Shown: one piece after another, positions 39,013 through 50,008 of the stretch
How the letters are laid out: every line of letters starts with the position of its first letter
Position numbering within the stretch: position 1 is the stretch's first letter
Assembly: GCA_963665615.2 (NCBI GenBank)
Contig: CAXXQE010000006.1
Location: 1-64,000, forward strand
Direction: 5' to 3'
Source: Syntrophales bacterium
GTDB taxonomy: Bacteria > Desulfobacterota > Syntrophia > Syntrophales > UBA4778
DNA: 64,000 nucleotides
The notes under the pieces: generated by a model
Told to the model about the DNA's origin: nothing
Database searches by the model: none
What the model saw: the letters and a program-made list of their open reading frames with translations, nothing else
Program-made: the position numbers and the translations under genes

Positions 39013-39151
39013 CTGGATCCCCGCCTGCGCGGGGGTGACAGGGAATGAAACCTTTTACGGGATCGAGAGGTTCTTGCTCAACCTCTCAACGTCCCAGCTT
39101 CTTAACTTCTGTTATTCCCGTCTGTCACTCGTTACTTGTCACTCGTCACTA
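39013..39151. repeat. Composite intergenic repeat, copy 2
   Basis: CTGGATCCCCGCCTGCGCGGGGGTGACA...CTCAAC 8-mers...GTCACTC 7-mers, similar to 32955-33101. Confidence 0.8.
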
Positions 39152-40360
39152 TTTCTTATTCACCAGCGCCTGCATCCGCAGTCTCAGAGCATTCAGGCGG
39201 ATGAAGCCGGTGGCGTCCATCTGGTTGTAGGTTCCGCTTTCATCGAAGGACGCCAGCTTTTCGCTGTAGAGCGACTTCGGCGCCTTGCGCCCCACGACGA
39301 TGCAGTTGCCCTTGTAAAGCTTCACGCGGGCCGTCCCGGTGACACTCTCCTGGCTCGCGTCGATCAGGCTCTGCATGACCTTCATCTCCGGCGAGAACCA
39401 GAACCCGTTGTAGACGAGCTGGGCGAATTTCGGAATGAGCGAATCCCGAAGCATCATGACCTCGCGGTCCATCGTGATGGACTCGAGCGCGCGATGCGCC
39501 GTCCAGAGCACGGTTCCGCCGGGGGTCTCGTAAACCCCGCGGGACTTCATCCCCACGAAGCGGTTTTCCACCATGTCGACGCGCCCGATGCCGTTGGCGC
39601 CGGCGACGATATTCACATGATCGAGCAGGGTCGCCGGGCTCATGCGCGCGCCATCCACGGCCACGGGAACGCCCTTCTCGAAATCGATCTCCAGATACGT
39701 CGGCTTGTCCGGCGCATTCTCGGGAGAGACCGTCAGTACGAAGATATCCTCCGGCGGTTCCGCCCACGGATCTTCGAGAATGCCGCCCTCATGCGAGATA
39801 TGCAGGAGGTTCCGATCGCTGCTGTATGGCTTGGCCTTTGTGAGCGGCAGCGGAATGCCGTGTTTTTCGGCATAGTCGATCATCTTGGGACGGGAATCGA
39901 ACTGCCAGTTGGGATCGCGCCATGTCGCAATGATCTTGATGTCGGGCTTCAATGCAAAATAGGTCAGCTCGAAGCGGACCTGATCGTTGCCCTTCCCGGT
40001 CGCGCCATGACAGACGGCGTCTGCGTTTTCCTTCTCTGCGATCTCGATCTGCCGCTTGGCGATGATCGGCCGCGCGATCGAGGTGCCCAGGTAGTAAGTG
40101 CCCTCGTAAATCGCATTGGCCTTCAGGCAGGCAAAGACGTAGTCGCGCACGAACTCTTCCTTCAGGTCCTCGATGTAGAGCTTGCTGGCTCCCGTATTCA
40201 GCGCCTTCTTTTCCAGGCCGTCGAGTTCCTCTTTCTGGCCGACGTCCGCCGCCATCGCGACGACCTCGCAGCCGTATGTCTCGATCAACCACTTGACAAT
40301 AATAGACGTATCCAGTCCGCCCGAATACGCGAGCACCACCTTTTTGAATTCCTGCTTCAT
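39149..40360 (-). CDS. argG: Argininosuccinate synthase
   Basis: [42 protein letters not shown]. Confidence 0.98.
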   Translation of the reverse strand: MKQEFKKVVLAYSGGLDTSIIVKWLIETYGCEVVAMAADVGQKEELDGLEKKALNTGASKLYIEDLKEEFVRDYVFACLKANAIYEGTYYLGTSIARPIIAKRQIEIAEKENADAVCHGATGKGNDQVRFELTYFALKPDIKIIATWRDPNWQFDSRPKMIDYAEKHGIPLPLTKAKPYSSDRNLLHISHEGGILEDPWAEPPEDIFVLTVSPENAPDKPTYLEIDFEKGVPVAVDGARMSPATLLDHVNIVAGANGIGRVDMVENRFVGMKSRGVYETPGGTVLWTAHRALESITMDREVMMLRDSLIPKFAQLVYNGFWFSPEMKVMQSLIDASQESVTGTARVKLYKGNCIVVGRKAPKSLYSEKLASFDESGTYNQMDATGFIRLNALRLRMQALVNKK

Positions 40361-41286
40361 CGTCGTGTTTGTCCTCCCATCAAGATCTCCATGATCGCCT
40401 TTTGAACGTGCAGGCGGTTTTCCGCCTGATCGACCACAACGGACTGCGGCCCGTCAATGACCTCGGCCGTTATTTCCTCGCCCCGGTGCGCCGGCAGGCA
40501 GTGCAACACAAGCGCATCCTGCCTGGCCCGCTTCAGCAGGGCCTCGTTGATCTGATAATTCTTGAAGGCCTTGATTCGCGCCTCCTGCTCGGCCTCCTGG
40601 CCCATGCTCGTCCAGACATCCGTATAGAGAATGTCAGCGCCGTCCGCCGCCTCGGCGGGATCGCGATAGAGCGAAACGCCTTCCGGCGCAATGCTTCGGC
40701 CGCGCGCCAGAATCGCCGCATCCGGATCGTATCCTTCCGGGCAGGCAAGTCTCAATTTGAACGGAAGTCGAACGGCTGCGTCGATCCAGCTGTTGGCGAT
40801 ATTGTTGCCATCGCCGACATAAGCCACCGTCAGTCCCCGATAGTCTCCCTTCTTTTCGATAATGGTAAAGAGGTCGCTCAGGATCTGACAGGGATGGTAC
40901 AGATCGGTGAGACCGTTGATAACCGGAATGCTCGCATACCGTGCAAGGTTCTCCGCCTCTTGCTGCGAAAAGGTCCGGATCATGATCCCGTCGAGATAGC
41001 GCGACATGATCCGTGCCGTATCTTCGATCGTCTCGCCCCGGCCGATCTGGATATCGCGGCTGCTCAAGAAAATGGCGATCCCGCCCAACTGATACATCCC
41101 GATCTCGAAGGACAGGCGTGTCCGTGTCGACGATTTGTAAAAGATCATGCCGAGCGTTTTGCCCTGCAAGGGATGATAGACGATTCCCTTCTTCTGCTTG
41201 TCTTTCAAATCGCGCGCCTTGTCAAACAGCATCGAGAAGTCGTCGTTGCCGTCCATATCGCCAAAGGTAAGCAGGTCCTCTTTCAT
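40357..41286 (-). CDS. argF: Ornithine carbamoyltransferase
   Basis: [29 protein letters not shown]. Confidence 0.97.
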   Translation of the reverse strand: MKEDLLTFGDMDGNDDFSMLFDKARDLKDKQKKGIVYHPLQGKTLGMIFYKSSTRTRLSFEIGMYQLGGIAIFLSSRDIQIGRGETIEDTARIMSRYLDGIMIRTFSQQEAENLARYASIPVINGLTDLYHPCQILSDLFTIIEKKGDYRGLTVAYVGDGNNIANSWIDAAVRLPFKLRLACPEGYDPDAAILARGRSIAPEGVSLYRDPAEAADGADILYTDVWTSMGQEAEQEARIKAFKNYQINEALLKRARQDALVLHCLPAHRGEEITAEVIDGPQSVVVDQAENRLHVQKAIMEILMGGQTRR

Positions 41287-42476
41287 TTCACTTCTCCCAG
41301 AGCAGCATCCAGAATCCCAACGACCTGATCGATTTCCTCGGCCGTCACCGTCAGCGGCGGCACAAAACGCAGGACATTGCCGGCCGTGCAGTTGATGAGC
41401 GCGCCCAACTCCCGACAGCGGCTGACGATCCCGGCGCCCTCGACAGTCAGTTCGATGCCGACGATCAGCCCCTTGCCCCGGACCTCCCGGATGACGGCAT
41501 GCTTCTGTTTGAGGTGCTCAAGCGCCGCCATGAAATAGCGCCCCATCCCGGCGCAATGCTCAACCACGCGCTCATCGAGCATCGTCTTGAGTGTCGCCAG
41601 CGCCGCCGCCATCCCTAACGGATTGCCGCCGAACGTCGCCGCATGGTTCCCCGGAACAAAGACCGACGCAACCTCCTTTTTCGCCAGCATGGCCCCGATC
41701 GGATAGCCGTTGCCGATTGCCTTGGCCAGGGTCATGATATCCGGCTCAATACCGGAGTCCTGATAGGCAAAGAGCGTTCCCGTTCTGCCCATGCCGACCT
41801 GAACCTCGTCGAGGATCATGAGGAGCCCCCGTTCGTTGCAGAGCTTGCGGACCTGGGCGAGATAATCCGGATCGGGGATCTTGATGCCCCCCTCCCCCTG
41901 GATCGGTTCCAGTAAGATGGCGCAGGTCTTTTCGGTGATCGCCTTTTCCAGCGCAGCGACATCGTTGAAGGGCGCATATCGGAAACCATCGAGCAGCGGC
42001 TCGAAGCCGACCTGGAATTTCTTCTGGCCGGTCGCCGTAATCGTCGCCATCGTCCGGCCATGGAAGGAGTTCTCCATAGAGATGATCTCGTAGCGGCCCG
42101 GCCCATGTTTTTCGCAGGAATATTTTCGCGCCAGCTTGATCGCCCCTTCATTGGCCTCTGCGCCGCTGTTGCAGAAAAAGACCTGCCCTGGAAAAGCATT
42201 CTGAACCAGCAGTCGCGCATACTCGATCTGGGGCTGAATGTGGTACAGATTCGACACATGTGTCAGCATGGCGGCCTGTTTACAGATCGCCTCGACCACG
42301 CGCGGATGCGAGTGTCCCAGGTTGCACACGGCAATCCCCGCCACGAAATCGAGATACATCTTCCCGTCGCTGTCCCAGACCTTCGTACCTTCGCCCTTCA
42401 CCAGCACAACCGGAATCCGGTTGTACGTGTTCATGATGTATTCTTTGGAACTGGCGATCAATTCGTCTGTGTTCAT
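41283..42476 (-). CDS. argD: Acetylornithine aminotransferase
   Basis: NSGAEANE, SFHGRT, EPIQGEGG, DEVQVGMGRTG, TLAK. Confidence 0.95.
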   Translation of the reverse strand: MNTDELIASSKEYIMNTYNRIPVVLVKGEGTKVWDSDGKMYLDFVAGIAVCNLGHSHPRVVEAICKQAAMLTHVSNLYHIQPQIEYARLLVQNAFPGQVFFCNSGAEANEGAIKLARKYSCEKHGPGRYEIISMENSFHGRTMATITATGQKKFQVGFEPLLDGFRYAPFNDVAALEKAITEKTCAILLEPIQGEGGIKIPDPDYLAQVRKLCNERGLLMILDEVQVGMGRTGTLFAYQDSGIEPDIMTLAKAIGNGYPIGAMLAKKEVASVFVPGNHAATFGGNPLGMAAALATLKTMLDERVVEHCAGMGRYFMAALEHLKQKHAVIREVRGKGLIVGIELTVEGAGIVSRCRELGALINCTAGNVLRFVPPLTVTAEEIDQVVGILDAALGEVK

Positions 42477-42530
42477 TACTGTTTCACCTAAAAAAGTATC
42501 TAAAGGGCATTACCCCGCCCAACAGCCTGC

Positions 42531-43421
42531 CTATTGTACAATTTCCGTTCCGATCCCTTCATCCGTAAAAATCTCAAGCAGGATGGCGTGTTTGAGCCGT
42601 CCGTCGATGACGTGGGTTTTGTGGACGCCGTTTCGCAAGGCCTTCAGACAGCACTTCACCTTGGGGAACATCCCCCCTTGGATGACGCCCTTCTCGATAA
42701 GATCAAGCGCACATTCATGCGTCATCGTATTGATTAATTTTTTCTCTTCGTCCCAGACCCCTTCCACGTCAGTCAGCAGCATCAGCTTTTCGGCACCCAG
42801 CGCTGAGGCCACCTCTCCCGCAACGACATCCGCATTGATGTTGTACGTCTCGTGATCCGCGCCAACCCCCGTCGGTGCGATGACCGGGATAAAACCGTCC
42901 CGAACGAGCGACCGGACCAGATCGGCATTAATGGCGGCCACCTTGCCCACCAGCCCGATATCGATGATCTCGGGGGGCGTGTCCTTTGCCTTTTCATTGC
43001 TCAGGTAGTACTTCTCTGCCAGGATCAGGTTGCCATCCTTGCCGCTCAGGCCGACGGCCTTGCCGCCGTGGTGATTGATGAGCCCGACGATCTCCTTATT
43101 GACCTTGCCGACCAGGACCATCTCCACGATATCCATCGTTTCCCGGTCCGTGACCCGCATCCCCTGAATAAAGGTGGAATCCTTTCCCAGCTTTTTCAGG
43201 TAACCGCTGATCTGCGGTCCGCCGCCATGGACGACAACGGGATGCAGGCCGATATACTTCATCATGAGCACATCGCGCGCGAACTGGCTTTTCAGGTCCT
43301 CGTCCACCATGGCGTGACCGCCATACTTGATGACGATGGTCTTATCATAGAATCGCCGGATATAGGGTAGAGCCTCCATCAGGATCTCAGCCCTTTCCAT
43401 CGATTTTTGCAACGTGTCCAA
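42531..43421 (-). CDS. argB: Acetylglutamate kinase
   Basis: [32 protein letters not shown]. Confidence 0.97.
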   Translation of the reverse strand: MDTLQKSMERAEILMEALPYIRRFYDKTIVIKYGGHAMVDEDLKSQFARDVLMMKYIGLHPVVVHGGGPQISGYLKKLGKDSTFIQGMRVTDRETMDIVEMVLVGKVNKEIVGLINHHGGKAVGLSGKDGNLILAEKYYLSNEKAKDTPPEIIDIGLVGKVAAINADLVRSLVRDGFIPVIAPTGVGADHETYNINADVVAGEVASALGAEKLMLLTDVEGVWDEEKKLINTMTHECALDLIEKGVIQGGMFPKVKCCLKALRNGVHKTHVIDGRLKHAILLEIFTDEGIGTEIVQ

Positions 43422-43509
43422 CTGCGTCCCTCCTCAAATAGATATTGAAGATACACCGAAACCGGTTCCGGCGAATCTCCGATTCTCAAGGAAAATATTT
43501 AGCATGATT

Positions 43510-43562
43510 CGCTCGCCTGCCCTGCAGCATGCTGCGAGCAATGCGCTCGCTACCGGATTCAA
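43510..43562. repeat. Palindromic dispersed element, copy 2
   Basis: Similar to 3600-3652; core GCAGCATGCTGC dyad. Confidence 0.5.
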
Positions 43563-43714
43563 GAAAAACGGAATGTAACCCGATAAATACAAGAAAACGG
43601 ATAGAAACAAATATCAGATTGAAACCGCTATGACAATAAATAGTTTGCCCATACCGTCCAAAAATGCGTCCAAGGGGCCGCCTGATCCTTTCTGAAAATA
43701 TTTTATTTTTTTTA

Positions 43715-43744
43715 TTGACTCTATAAACAATAATAGAGTATTAT
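43715..43744 (+). promoter_or_regulatory. Putative sigma-70 promoter of fusA paralog overlapped by an inverted repeat
   Basis: TTGACT-N18-TATTAT with AT-rich upstream region; ACTCTAT-N8-ATAGAGT (43718-43739). Confidence 0.5.
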
Positions 43745-43783
43745 AGCTAGATTTCACGGGTTACTATTTTTACGTTACACCGG

Positions 43784-43824
43784 CTCCCCGCGCAAGACAC
43801 CTACATCGGCGGGGAGTTTTTTTT
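43784..43824 (+). terminator. Intrinsic terminator-like hairpin in fusA leader
   Basis: CTCCCCGC-N17-GCGGGGAG followed by 8 T, 44 nt before the fusA ATG. Confidence 0.6.
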
Positions 43825-43868
43825 AACGAGTTCATTTCATTGAGAAGGACATTGACAGGAAAGATGCC

Positions 43869-45959
43869 ATGAAGAACAACATCCAAAACGTGCGGAACAT
43901 TGGAATCAGCGCCCACATCGATTCCGGCAAGACCACCCTGACCGAGCGAATCCTCTTCTACACCAAGCGGATTCACGCCATTCACGACGTCAAAGGCAAG
44001 GACGGCGTCGGCGCCACCATGGACTCCATGGAACTGGAAAGAGAGCGCGGTATCACCATTGCCTCTGCCGCGACCTTCTGCGAGTGGAAAAACCACGAGA
44101 TCAATATCATCGACACCCCCGGGCACGTCGATTTCACGATCGAGGTGGAACGTTCCCTGCGTGTTCTCGATGGCGCCATCCTCGTCCTGTGCTCTGTCGC
44201 CGGTGTTCAGTCCCAGTCCATCACGGTTGACCAGCAGATGAAGCGCTACAAGGTGCCCTGCATCGCCTTTGTCAACAAGTGCGACCGCAGCGGCGCCGAT
44301 CCGATGCGCGTGGCATCCCAGCTCCGGACCAAGCTCGGCCACAACGCCGTGCCGCTTCAGATCCCCATCGGTCTCGAAAACGATTTTCAGGGCGTGATCG
44401 ACCTGATCACCATGAAGGCCCTCTATTTCGAAGGCGCCAATGGCGAAAACATCCGCACGGAAGACATTCCGGCTGACCTCCTGGACGAAGCCACGAAAAT
44501 GCGGGAACAGATGATCGAATCGGTTTCCATGTTCTCCGACGAACTCACGGAATTGATTCTGGAAGAAAAACCGATCCCCAACGAAATCCTGATTTCGGCC
44601 ATTCGCAACGCCACGATCAGCCGCTCGCTGACGCCGGTTCTGATGGGCTCCGCCTATAAGAACAAGGCCGTACAGCCCCTGCTCGACGCCGTCAACGCGT
44701 ACCTGCCCTGTCCGGGAGACGTCGAAAACACCGCCCTCGACATGGACAACAACGAGGCGCCGGTCGTGCTCGAAAGCGATTCGGAGAAACCGATCGTCGC
44801 GCTGGCCTTCAAGCTCGAAGACGGCAATTACGGCCAGCTCACGTATATCCGCGTTTACCAGGGCAACCTCGCCAAGGGTTCGACCATCGTCAACGCCCGT
44901 AGCGGCAAGAAGGTCAAGGTCGGCCGCGTGGTCCGCATGCACGCCGACCAGATGGAAGATATCGAATCGATTCCAGCCGGTTACATCGGCGCCCTCTTCG
45001 GCATCGAATGCGCCTCGGGGGATACCTTTGTCGATCCCGATATCAACCTGACCATGACCTCCATGTTCGTACCGGAGCCGGTCATTTCCCTGGCCATTGT
45101 TCCCAAGGACAACAAGGCCCAGATCAACATGTCCAAGGCGCTCAACCGTTTCACCAAGGAAGATCCGACCTTCCGGACCCATGTCGATGCGGAAACGAAT
45201 GAAACCATTATCGAAGGCATGGGCGAGCTTCACCTGGAAGTCTATGTCGAGCGCATGAAGCGCGAGTACAGCGCCGAGGTCACCACAGGCAATCCCCGCG
45301 TGGCTTACCGCGAGACGATTACTCAGCGGGCAGAGTTCAATTACACCCATAAGAAGCAGACGGGCGGTTCGGGTCAGTTCGGTCGCATCGCCGGTTATAT
45401 CGAGCCCTACGCCGAAGGCGATTTCCTCTTTGAAAACAAGGTCGTCGGCGGCAACATCCCGACCCAGTTCATCCCTGCCTGCGAAAAGGGCTTCAAGTCC
45501 TGCATCGCCAAGGGTCCCAAGATGGAGTTCCCGGTCACGGGCGTCAAGATCGTTATCAACGACGGTTCCTCCCATACGGTGGACTCCTCGGACAACGCGT
45601 TCCAGGCCGCCGCACGCGGCGCCTTCAAGGAAGGCTATCTCAAGGCCAAGCCGGTCATTCACGAACCCATCATGAAGGTCGTCGTGGAAACCCCGACCGA
45701 ATTCCAGGGCGCTGTCATGGGCCTGATGAACCAGCGCCGCGGCATGATCGTCGGTTCACAGGAAGAGGGACCGATGTCCGTCATCGAGGCGCAAATCCCT
45801 CTAGCCGAGATGTTCGGATTCTCGACGATCCTGAGATCCTCGACGCAGGGCAAGGCGCAGTTCACGATGGAATTCGCGATCTATCGTCTCGTGCCTCAGT
45901 CCATCGCCGAGAAGATAGCGGAAGAGAAGGCCGCAGCCAAGAAAAAGACCGCAGCGTAA
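43869..45959 (+). CDS. fusA: Elongation factor G paralog (outside str operon; spdEFG1/mtEF-G1-like)
   Basis: [65 protein letters not shown]. Confidence 0.95.
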   Translation: MKNNIQNVRNIGISAHIDSGKTTLTERILFYTKRIHAIHDVKGKDGVGATMDSMELERERGITIASAATFCEWKNHEINIIDTPGHVDFTIEVERSLRVLDGAILVLCSVAGVQSQSITVDQQMKRYKVPCIAFVNKCDRSGADPMRVASQLRTKLGHNAVPLQIPIGLENDFQGVIDLITMKALYFEGANGENIRTEDIPADLLDEATKMREQMIESVSMFSDELTELILEEKPIPNEILISAIRNATISRSLTPVLMGSAYKNKAVQPLLDAVNAYLPCPGDVENTALDMDNNEAPVVLESDSEKPIVALAFKLEDGNYGQLTYIRVYQGNLAKGSTIVNARSGKKVKVGRVVRMHADQMEDIESIPAGYIGALFGIECASGDTFVDPDINLTMTSMFVPEPVISLAIVPKDNKAQINMSKALNRFTKEDPTFRTHVDAETNETIIEGMGELHLEVYVERMKREYSAEVTTGNPRVAYRETITQRAEFNYTHKKQTGGSGQFGRIAGYIEPYAEGDFLFENKVVGGNIPTQFIPACEKGFKSCIAKGPKMEFPVTGVKIVINDGSSHTVDSSDNAFQAAARGAFKEGYLKAKPVIHEPIMKVVVETPTEFQGAVMGLMNQRRGMIVGSQEEGPMSVIEAQIPLAEMFGFSTILRSSTQGKAQFTMEFAIYRLVPQSIAEKIAEEKAAAKKKTAA

Positions 45960-46075
45960 CCATCCCCTTTGCGGGCGCACATTGCAAATAGAACGGTTTA
46001 TGAATGAATCAACCGGCTCCACTTTACTTTAAACCCAAAACCCTTGTGGTTTACTTAAGAGACAGGAAAATGCAA

Positions 46076-46765
46076 ATGCTTAAAAAAGAACTCCTCATTC
46101 GCAACCCGCTCCGGATTTTAGGTCACGGAGACGAAGAAAGCTTGCCTGAAGGGGCCTTGGGTGCGGTTCTGGCCGGGGCCGGCGTCGGTAAAACGGCCAT
46201 CGTCGTTCAGCTGGCCCTGAGCGCCATGCTTCAAAGTAAAAACGTCCTCCATATCAGCCTCGGCGATACGGTCGACAAGGTACGGCTGTGGTATGAGGAA
46301 ATGTTCGAGGACCTCACCAAGGCCTACCCCGGCTCACTGATCAAACCGGCCCTGGAAGAGACCCTGCCCCACCGTTTTATCATGACCTTTAAGGTGGTGG
46401 GGTTCTCCGTTCCAAAACTCGAAGAAAGGTTGATGGACCTGATCGCGCAGGATATCTTTCACCCCAATATGATCATCGTTGATGGTTATTCTTTCAATAA
46501 TGCGGACCGCAATTTTCTGATGGAACTAAAAGTACTGGCGGAAAAGCATAAAGTCAGTGTCTGGTTTACCGTTCGCACAGAGCAGGCGCAAGACGCCCTG
46601 CCGGCAGGGTTCTCGCCGGTCGACGATCTGTTCGACTTGATCCTCCAACTGGAACCGAAGGGGACGAACATTCACCTCCATCCCCTGAAGGGGATCCCGG
46701 CGGACGCATCCCCGCACCCGATGCAGCTCGATCCCGCTACCATGTTGATCTGCGACGAGAAGTAA
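46076..46765 (+). CDS. RecA/KaiC-like P-loop NTPase of unknown function
   Basis: Walker A AGAGVGKT, VLHISL, Walker B-like IIVDG; start after AGGA. Confidence 0.75.
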   Translation: MLKKELLIRNPLRILGHGDEESLPEGALGAVLAGAGVGKTAIVVQLALSAMLQSKNVLHISLGDTVDKVRLWYEEMFEDLTKAYPGSLIKPALEETLPHRFIMTFKVVGFSVPKLEERLMDLIAQDIFHPNMIIVDGYSFNNADRNFLMELKVLAEKHKVSVWFTVRTEQAQDALPAGFSPVDDLFDLILQLEPKGTNIHLHPLKGIPADASPHPMQLDPATMLICDEK

Positions 46766-46859
46766 GTCTTTAATCCTCTGAGGCGTTTGACCCGGGTGTC
46801 ATGCGGCACCGCGGATCAAGCGCCTCTCTTGTATCATTAAAAGAAAGGTTGTAAACAAA

Positions 46860-47417
46860 ATGAAAAAAGAAGAGATGATCCTGTTCAGCGGCGGCATCAA
46901 GGGCGCAGAAGCGCATTTCGGCGCCGTGGCAGAACAATACGGCATTCAGGAAGTCCACTTCACCTTTGAGGGGCACAACCCCGTCCGTCAGCGGGGACTT
47001 CGCGTGTTGAGTTGCGAGGAGTTGAAAGATGGAGACGTCAGCCTGGAGTATGTCTCCCGCCTCCTCAACCGGCGGTTCACTACCAACCCGACCTTCCGAA
47101 AGGTCTTCCAGAGCATCTGGCATCAGATCAACAACGGCCGGCAGATTTTTGTCGTGGGGGAAATCCTCGAAGACAAGACCGTGATGGGCGGAACCGGATG
47201 GGGCGCGGAATTCGCAAAGATCTGTAACAAGCCCCTGTACGTTTTCGATCAGAAGCAAAACGCCTGGTTCCACTGGAATCAGACGGACTGGGACCGCTGT
47301 GCAGCCGATCAGACGCCGGTGATCACGCATACCCATTTCACCGGGACCGGCACGCGCTTTCTCGAAGACAACGGGCGTCAGGCCATCGAGGAGCTGTTCA
47401 AGCGCTCCTTCGCCTGA
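46860..47417 (+). CDS. Conserved hypothetical protein, possible SLOG/YpsA-like nucleotide-binding fold
   Basis: FSGGIKGAE, GGTGWG, PLYVFDQ, FTGTGTR motifs; codon bias like neighbours. Confidence 0.65.
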   Translation: MKKEEMILFSGGIKGAEAHFGAVAEQYGIQEVHFTFEGHNPVRQRGLRVLSCEELKDGDVSLEYVSRLLNRRFTTNPTFRKVFQSIWHQINNGRQIFVVGEILEDKTVMGGTGWGAEFAKICNKPLYVFDQKQNAWFHWNQTDWDRCAADQTPVITHTHFTGTGTRFLEDNGRQAIEELFKRSFA

Positions 47418-47545
47418 GCAGCCTGATAAAAAGGCTCATATACTGCGTTGTGCTTCGGCTCTCGCATGCTCACATACGCTAACAGTATGCTCCGCTGCTC
47501 GATCCTTGCACGCCTTGTCTCTGAGCCTTTTTATAAACAGTCTGC
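47418..47545. repeat. MITE-like element with terminal inverted repeats between convergent genes
   Basis: GCAGCCTGATAAAAAGGCTCA...TGAGCCTTTTTATAAACAGTCTGC; internal CATAC...GTATG hairpin. Confidence 0.6.
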
Positions 47546-47555
47546 AAAGCAGGCG

Positions 47556-48947
47556 TTATTCCAGCTCTTCCGTACGGGCAACCTTGGCGGTCTGGGTGAT
47601 TTCATCCAGACCGCTTTCCACATCCTTCGCACTGGAGACCCCGAGTTCCTTGAAGCGGCGCAGCGACGGCATCAGACGCGATTCGATCGACCGGATGCTC
47701 TCGTTGTAGGCCTCAACTGACTTGTTAAGCCCGCCGCCGATCTTGCTGACGTGCTCGAACACGACCGCAAACCGATCGTAGAGCTCCTTCCCCAGCCGGT
47801 TGATCTCCTGGGCGCCCTTTGCCACCTGCTCCTGCTGCCAGCCATAGGCCACGGCGCGCAGGAGCGCAATGAGCGTGGTCGGCGTCGCCAGAATGACCTT
47901 TTTCAGGGTTCCATCCTCAATAAGATTTGGATCGTGTTCCAATGCCGCGCTGAAAAAGGACTCTCCCGGCAGGTACATGACCACCATTTCCGGAGCCGTT
48001 TCGAACTGATCCCAGTAAGATTTCTGACCGAGGCCATTCATGTGATTGCGGACCTGCGAGATGTAACCCGCAATTGCTTTTTTCTTTTCATCCTCCGAAA
48101 GCGCCGACAGGGCGTTGAGATAGGCATCAACCGGGGCCTTCGCATCGATCACGATCGTCCGCCCGTTTGGCAACCGGATAATCATATCGGGGCGAAGTCG
48201 TCCACCCTCCACATTGACGGAAACCTCTTCATAGAAATCGCAGTAGGGTGCCATGCCCGCCAGTTCTGCTGCTCGCCTGAGGCTCATCTGTCCCCAACTG
48301 CCGCTGACCTGCGGCTTGCGCAGGGCCGTTACCAGAGAATTCGTTTCGCGCTGCAGTTGTTCGTTCATTCGCGATAGAGATTCGATCGACTGCGCCAGAC
48401 TTCCGTAATGTTCTGTCCGGTGTTTTTCAACGGTCTTCAGTTCCTCTTCATAGCGCTTGAGCACATCCTGAAGCGGTCGGATGATCCCCTCCATCGCCGA
48501 GTGATGCTCACCGAGTCGGCCCTTGGTCTGCTCCATGATCTTGCCCAGGTTTTCCTGCGCCAACTGCAGAAAGGTCTGGTTGGAGGACTCAATGGCCGCC
48601 GAGGCATGGGCCCGGAAGGTATCGACCATCTCCGTGCGCATGTGATCGATCAGTTTTTTCTGTTCCTCCAGTCGTATGTGCGACTCTTCCAGGCGGGCGC
48701 TCATCTCCGCCTCGCGCTTCTTCTCCGTCGCCAGTTCCTCCCGCAGTGCAGCCAGTTCCTTTTCGACAGCCGTCAACTGCGCCGTCATCCGGTCGGAAGA
48801 GCCCTCCGCGTATCTCGCGCGGCCTTCCAACTCCGTCAGCTTGGCATTCATCTGCTGCTGCGCCCTGACCCTGACGATCAGCGTTGCGGCAAATCCGCCT
48901 ACAGCCATACCGACAAGCAGAGCGATGATCAATGTCATGAGGTTCAT
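47556..48947 (-). CDS. rmuC: DNA recombination protein RmuC
   Basis: N-terminal TM plus coiled coil, GSWGQMSL, LRPDMIIRLP, IDAKAP, MYLPGE, ATPTTLIALLR. Confidence 0.93.
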   Translation of the reverse strand: MNLMTLIIALLVGMAVGGFAATLIVRVRAQQQMNAKLTELEGRARYAEGSSDRMTAQLTAVEKELAALREELATEKKREAEMSARLEESHIRLEEQKKLIDHMRTEMVDTFRAHASAAIESSNQTFLQLAQENLGKIMEQTKGRLGEHHSAMEGIIRPLQDVLKRYEEELKTVEKHRTEHYGSLAQSIESLSRMNEQLQRETNSLVTALRKPQVSGSWGQMSLRRAAELAGMAPYCDFYEEVSVNVEGGRLRPDMIIRLPNGRTIVIDAKAPVDAYLNALSALSEDEKKKAIAGYISQVRNHMNGLGQKSYWDQFETAPEMVVMYLPGESFFSAALEHDPNLIEDGTLKKVILATPTTLIALLRAVAYGWQQEQVAKGAQEINRLGKELYDRFAVVFEHVSKIGGGLNKSVEAYNESIRSIESRLMPSLRRFKELGVSSAKDVESGLDEITQTAKVARTEELE

Positions 48948-48966
48948 TTGTACACTCCAGGGACGG

Positions 48967-49998
48967 TCACTCGAATTTAAAGCCCTTTTTCAGAATCGCC
49001 AGGCAGGCGTCCACCACGATGGGATCATAGAGTGTCCCACGTTTCTTTTGAATCTCGGCCATGGCCTTGCTCATCCCGATTGTCTTGCGATACGGTCGCT
49101 GCGAGGCCATGGATTCAACGGCATCGGCCACTGCAAGGATCCGGGCTTCTATCATAATCTCTTCCCCCTTCAGTCCACGCGGGTAGCCCGATCCGTCGAA
49201 CCGTTCGTGGTGCTGATAGACGATCGTCGCCACAGGCCAGGGAAAGTCGATGCGCTTCAGGATGTCGTAACTGACCTGCGGGTGCCTCTTGACGATATCG
49301 TATTCCAAAGGCGAGAGGCGTTCCGGGCTGCTTAGCAAATCCGCAGGGACATAGATTTTGCCAATGTCATGGATGAGCGCTGCTGCGTGCAGCCCCAGAA
49401 TCTTACCCCGATCGAGCTTCAATTCCTCTGCAATTGCACGGCTCAATTCCTCGACACCACGCTGATGACCGGCCTTGTATGGCTCGCGCGTTTCGATAAT
49501 CATCGCGATCGTCTGAATTGTATCCTCCAGGCTGCGCCTCATCTTGTCGCAATGACGTTTGAGTGCGGCCTCGCGCGCCTTCTGTTCCGTGAGATCTTCA
49601 TAGGTAACGATGAGTCCGGCATCGGGGGCCGCATCTTTCAGACAGGAGAAACTGACCTGGCAGAGCATGGCGGCGCCGTCCTTGCGTCGACATGGGCATT
49701 CGTCCTTGACAATCCTCTTCTTCTCCAGAGCAGGAGCAACTTCCCGGCTGATTTTTTCATAGTCGCGCTTCGTATGGTACAGGATCCGCGCCTCCTGGCC
49801 GATCAGTTCTTCTGGCTCCCACCCGAAAGTCTCCAGAACGGCCTGATTGGCAAAACGGATTGTACGATCCTGTATGACCACGACAGCCATCGGCATGGCA
49901 TCCAGAATGGCGGTTTTGATCACTCTGCACGGTTCCTGCGCCTTGACCTTTTTGCCGGACGGCATTTCAGTTGATCCAGACCCGACTCGCTTTTTCAC
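48967..49998 (-). CDS. PAS plus HD-GYP c-di-GMP phosphodiesterase
   Basis: PAS (FANQA...FGWEPEELIG), HDIGKI, HHERFDGSGYPRGL, ARILAVAD; GTG start at 49998 after GGGGG. Confidence 0.9.
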   Translation of the reverse strand: MKKRVGSGSTEMPSGKKVKAQEPCRVIKTAILDAMPMAVVVIQDRTIRFANQAVLETFGWEPEELIGQEARILYHTKRDYEKISREVAPALEKKRIVKDECPCRRKDGAAMLCQVSFSCLKDAAPDAGLIVTYEDLTEQKAREAALKRHCDKMRRSLEDTIQTIAMIIETREPYKAGHQRGVEELSRAIAEELKLDRGKILGLHAAALIHDIGKIYVPADLLSSPERLSPLEYDIVKRHPQVSYDILKRIDFPWPVATIVYQHHERFDGSGYPRGLKGEEIMIEARILAVADAVESMASQRPYRKTIGMSKAMAEIQKKRGTLYDPIVVDACLAILKKGFKFE

Positions 49999-50008
49999 GT
50001 TTTCCCCC

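Noticed and set aside
37653..40405. 461-aa and 484-aa + strand ORFs
   Set aside because: Antisense to GC-rich argH/argG; an expected codon-bias artefact
43770..45662. 630-aa minus-strand ORF
   Set aside because: Antisense shadow of fusA
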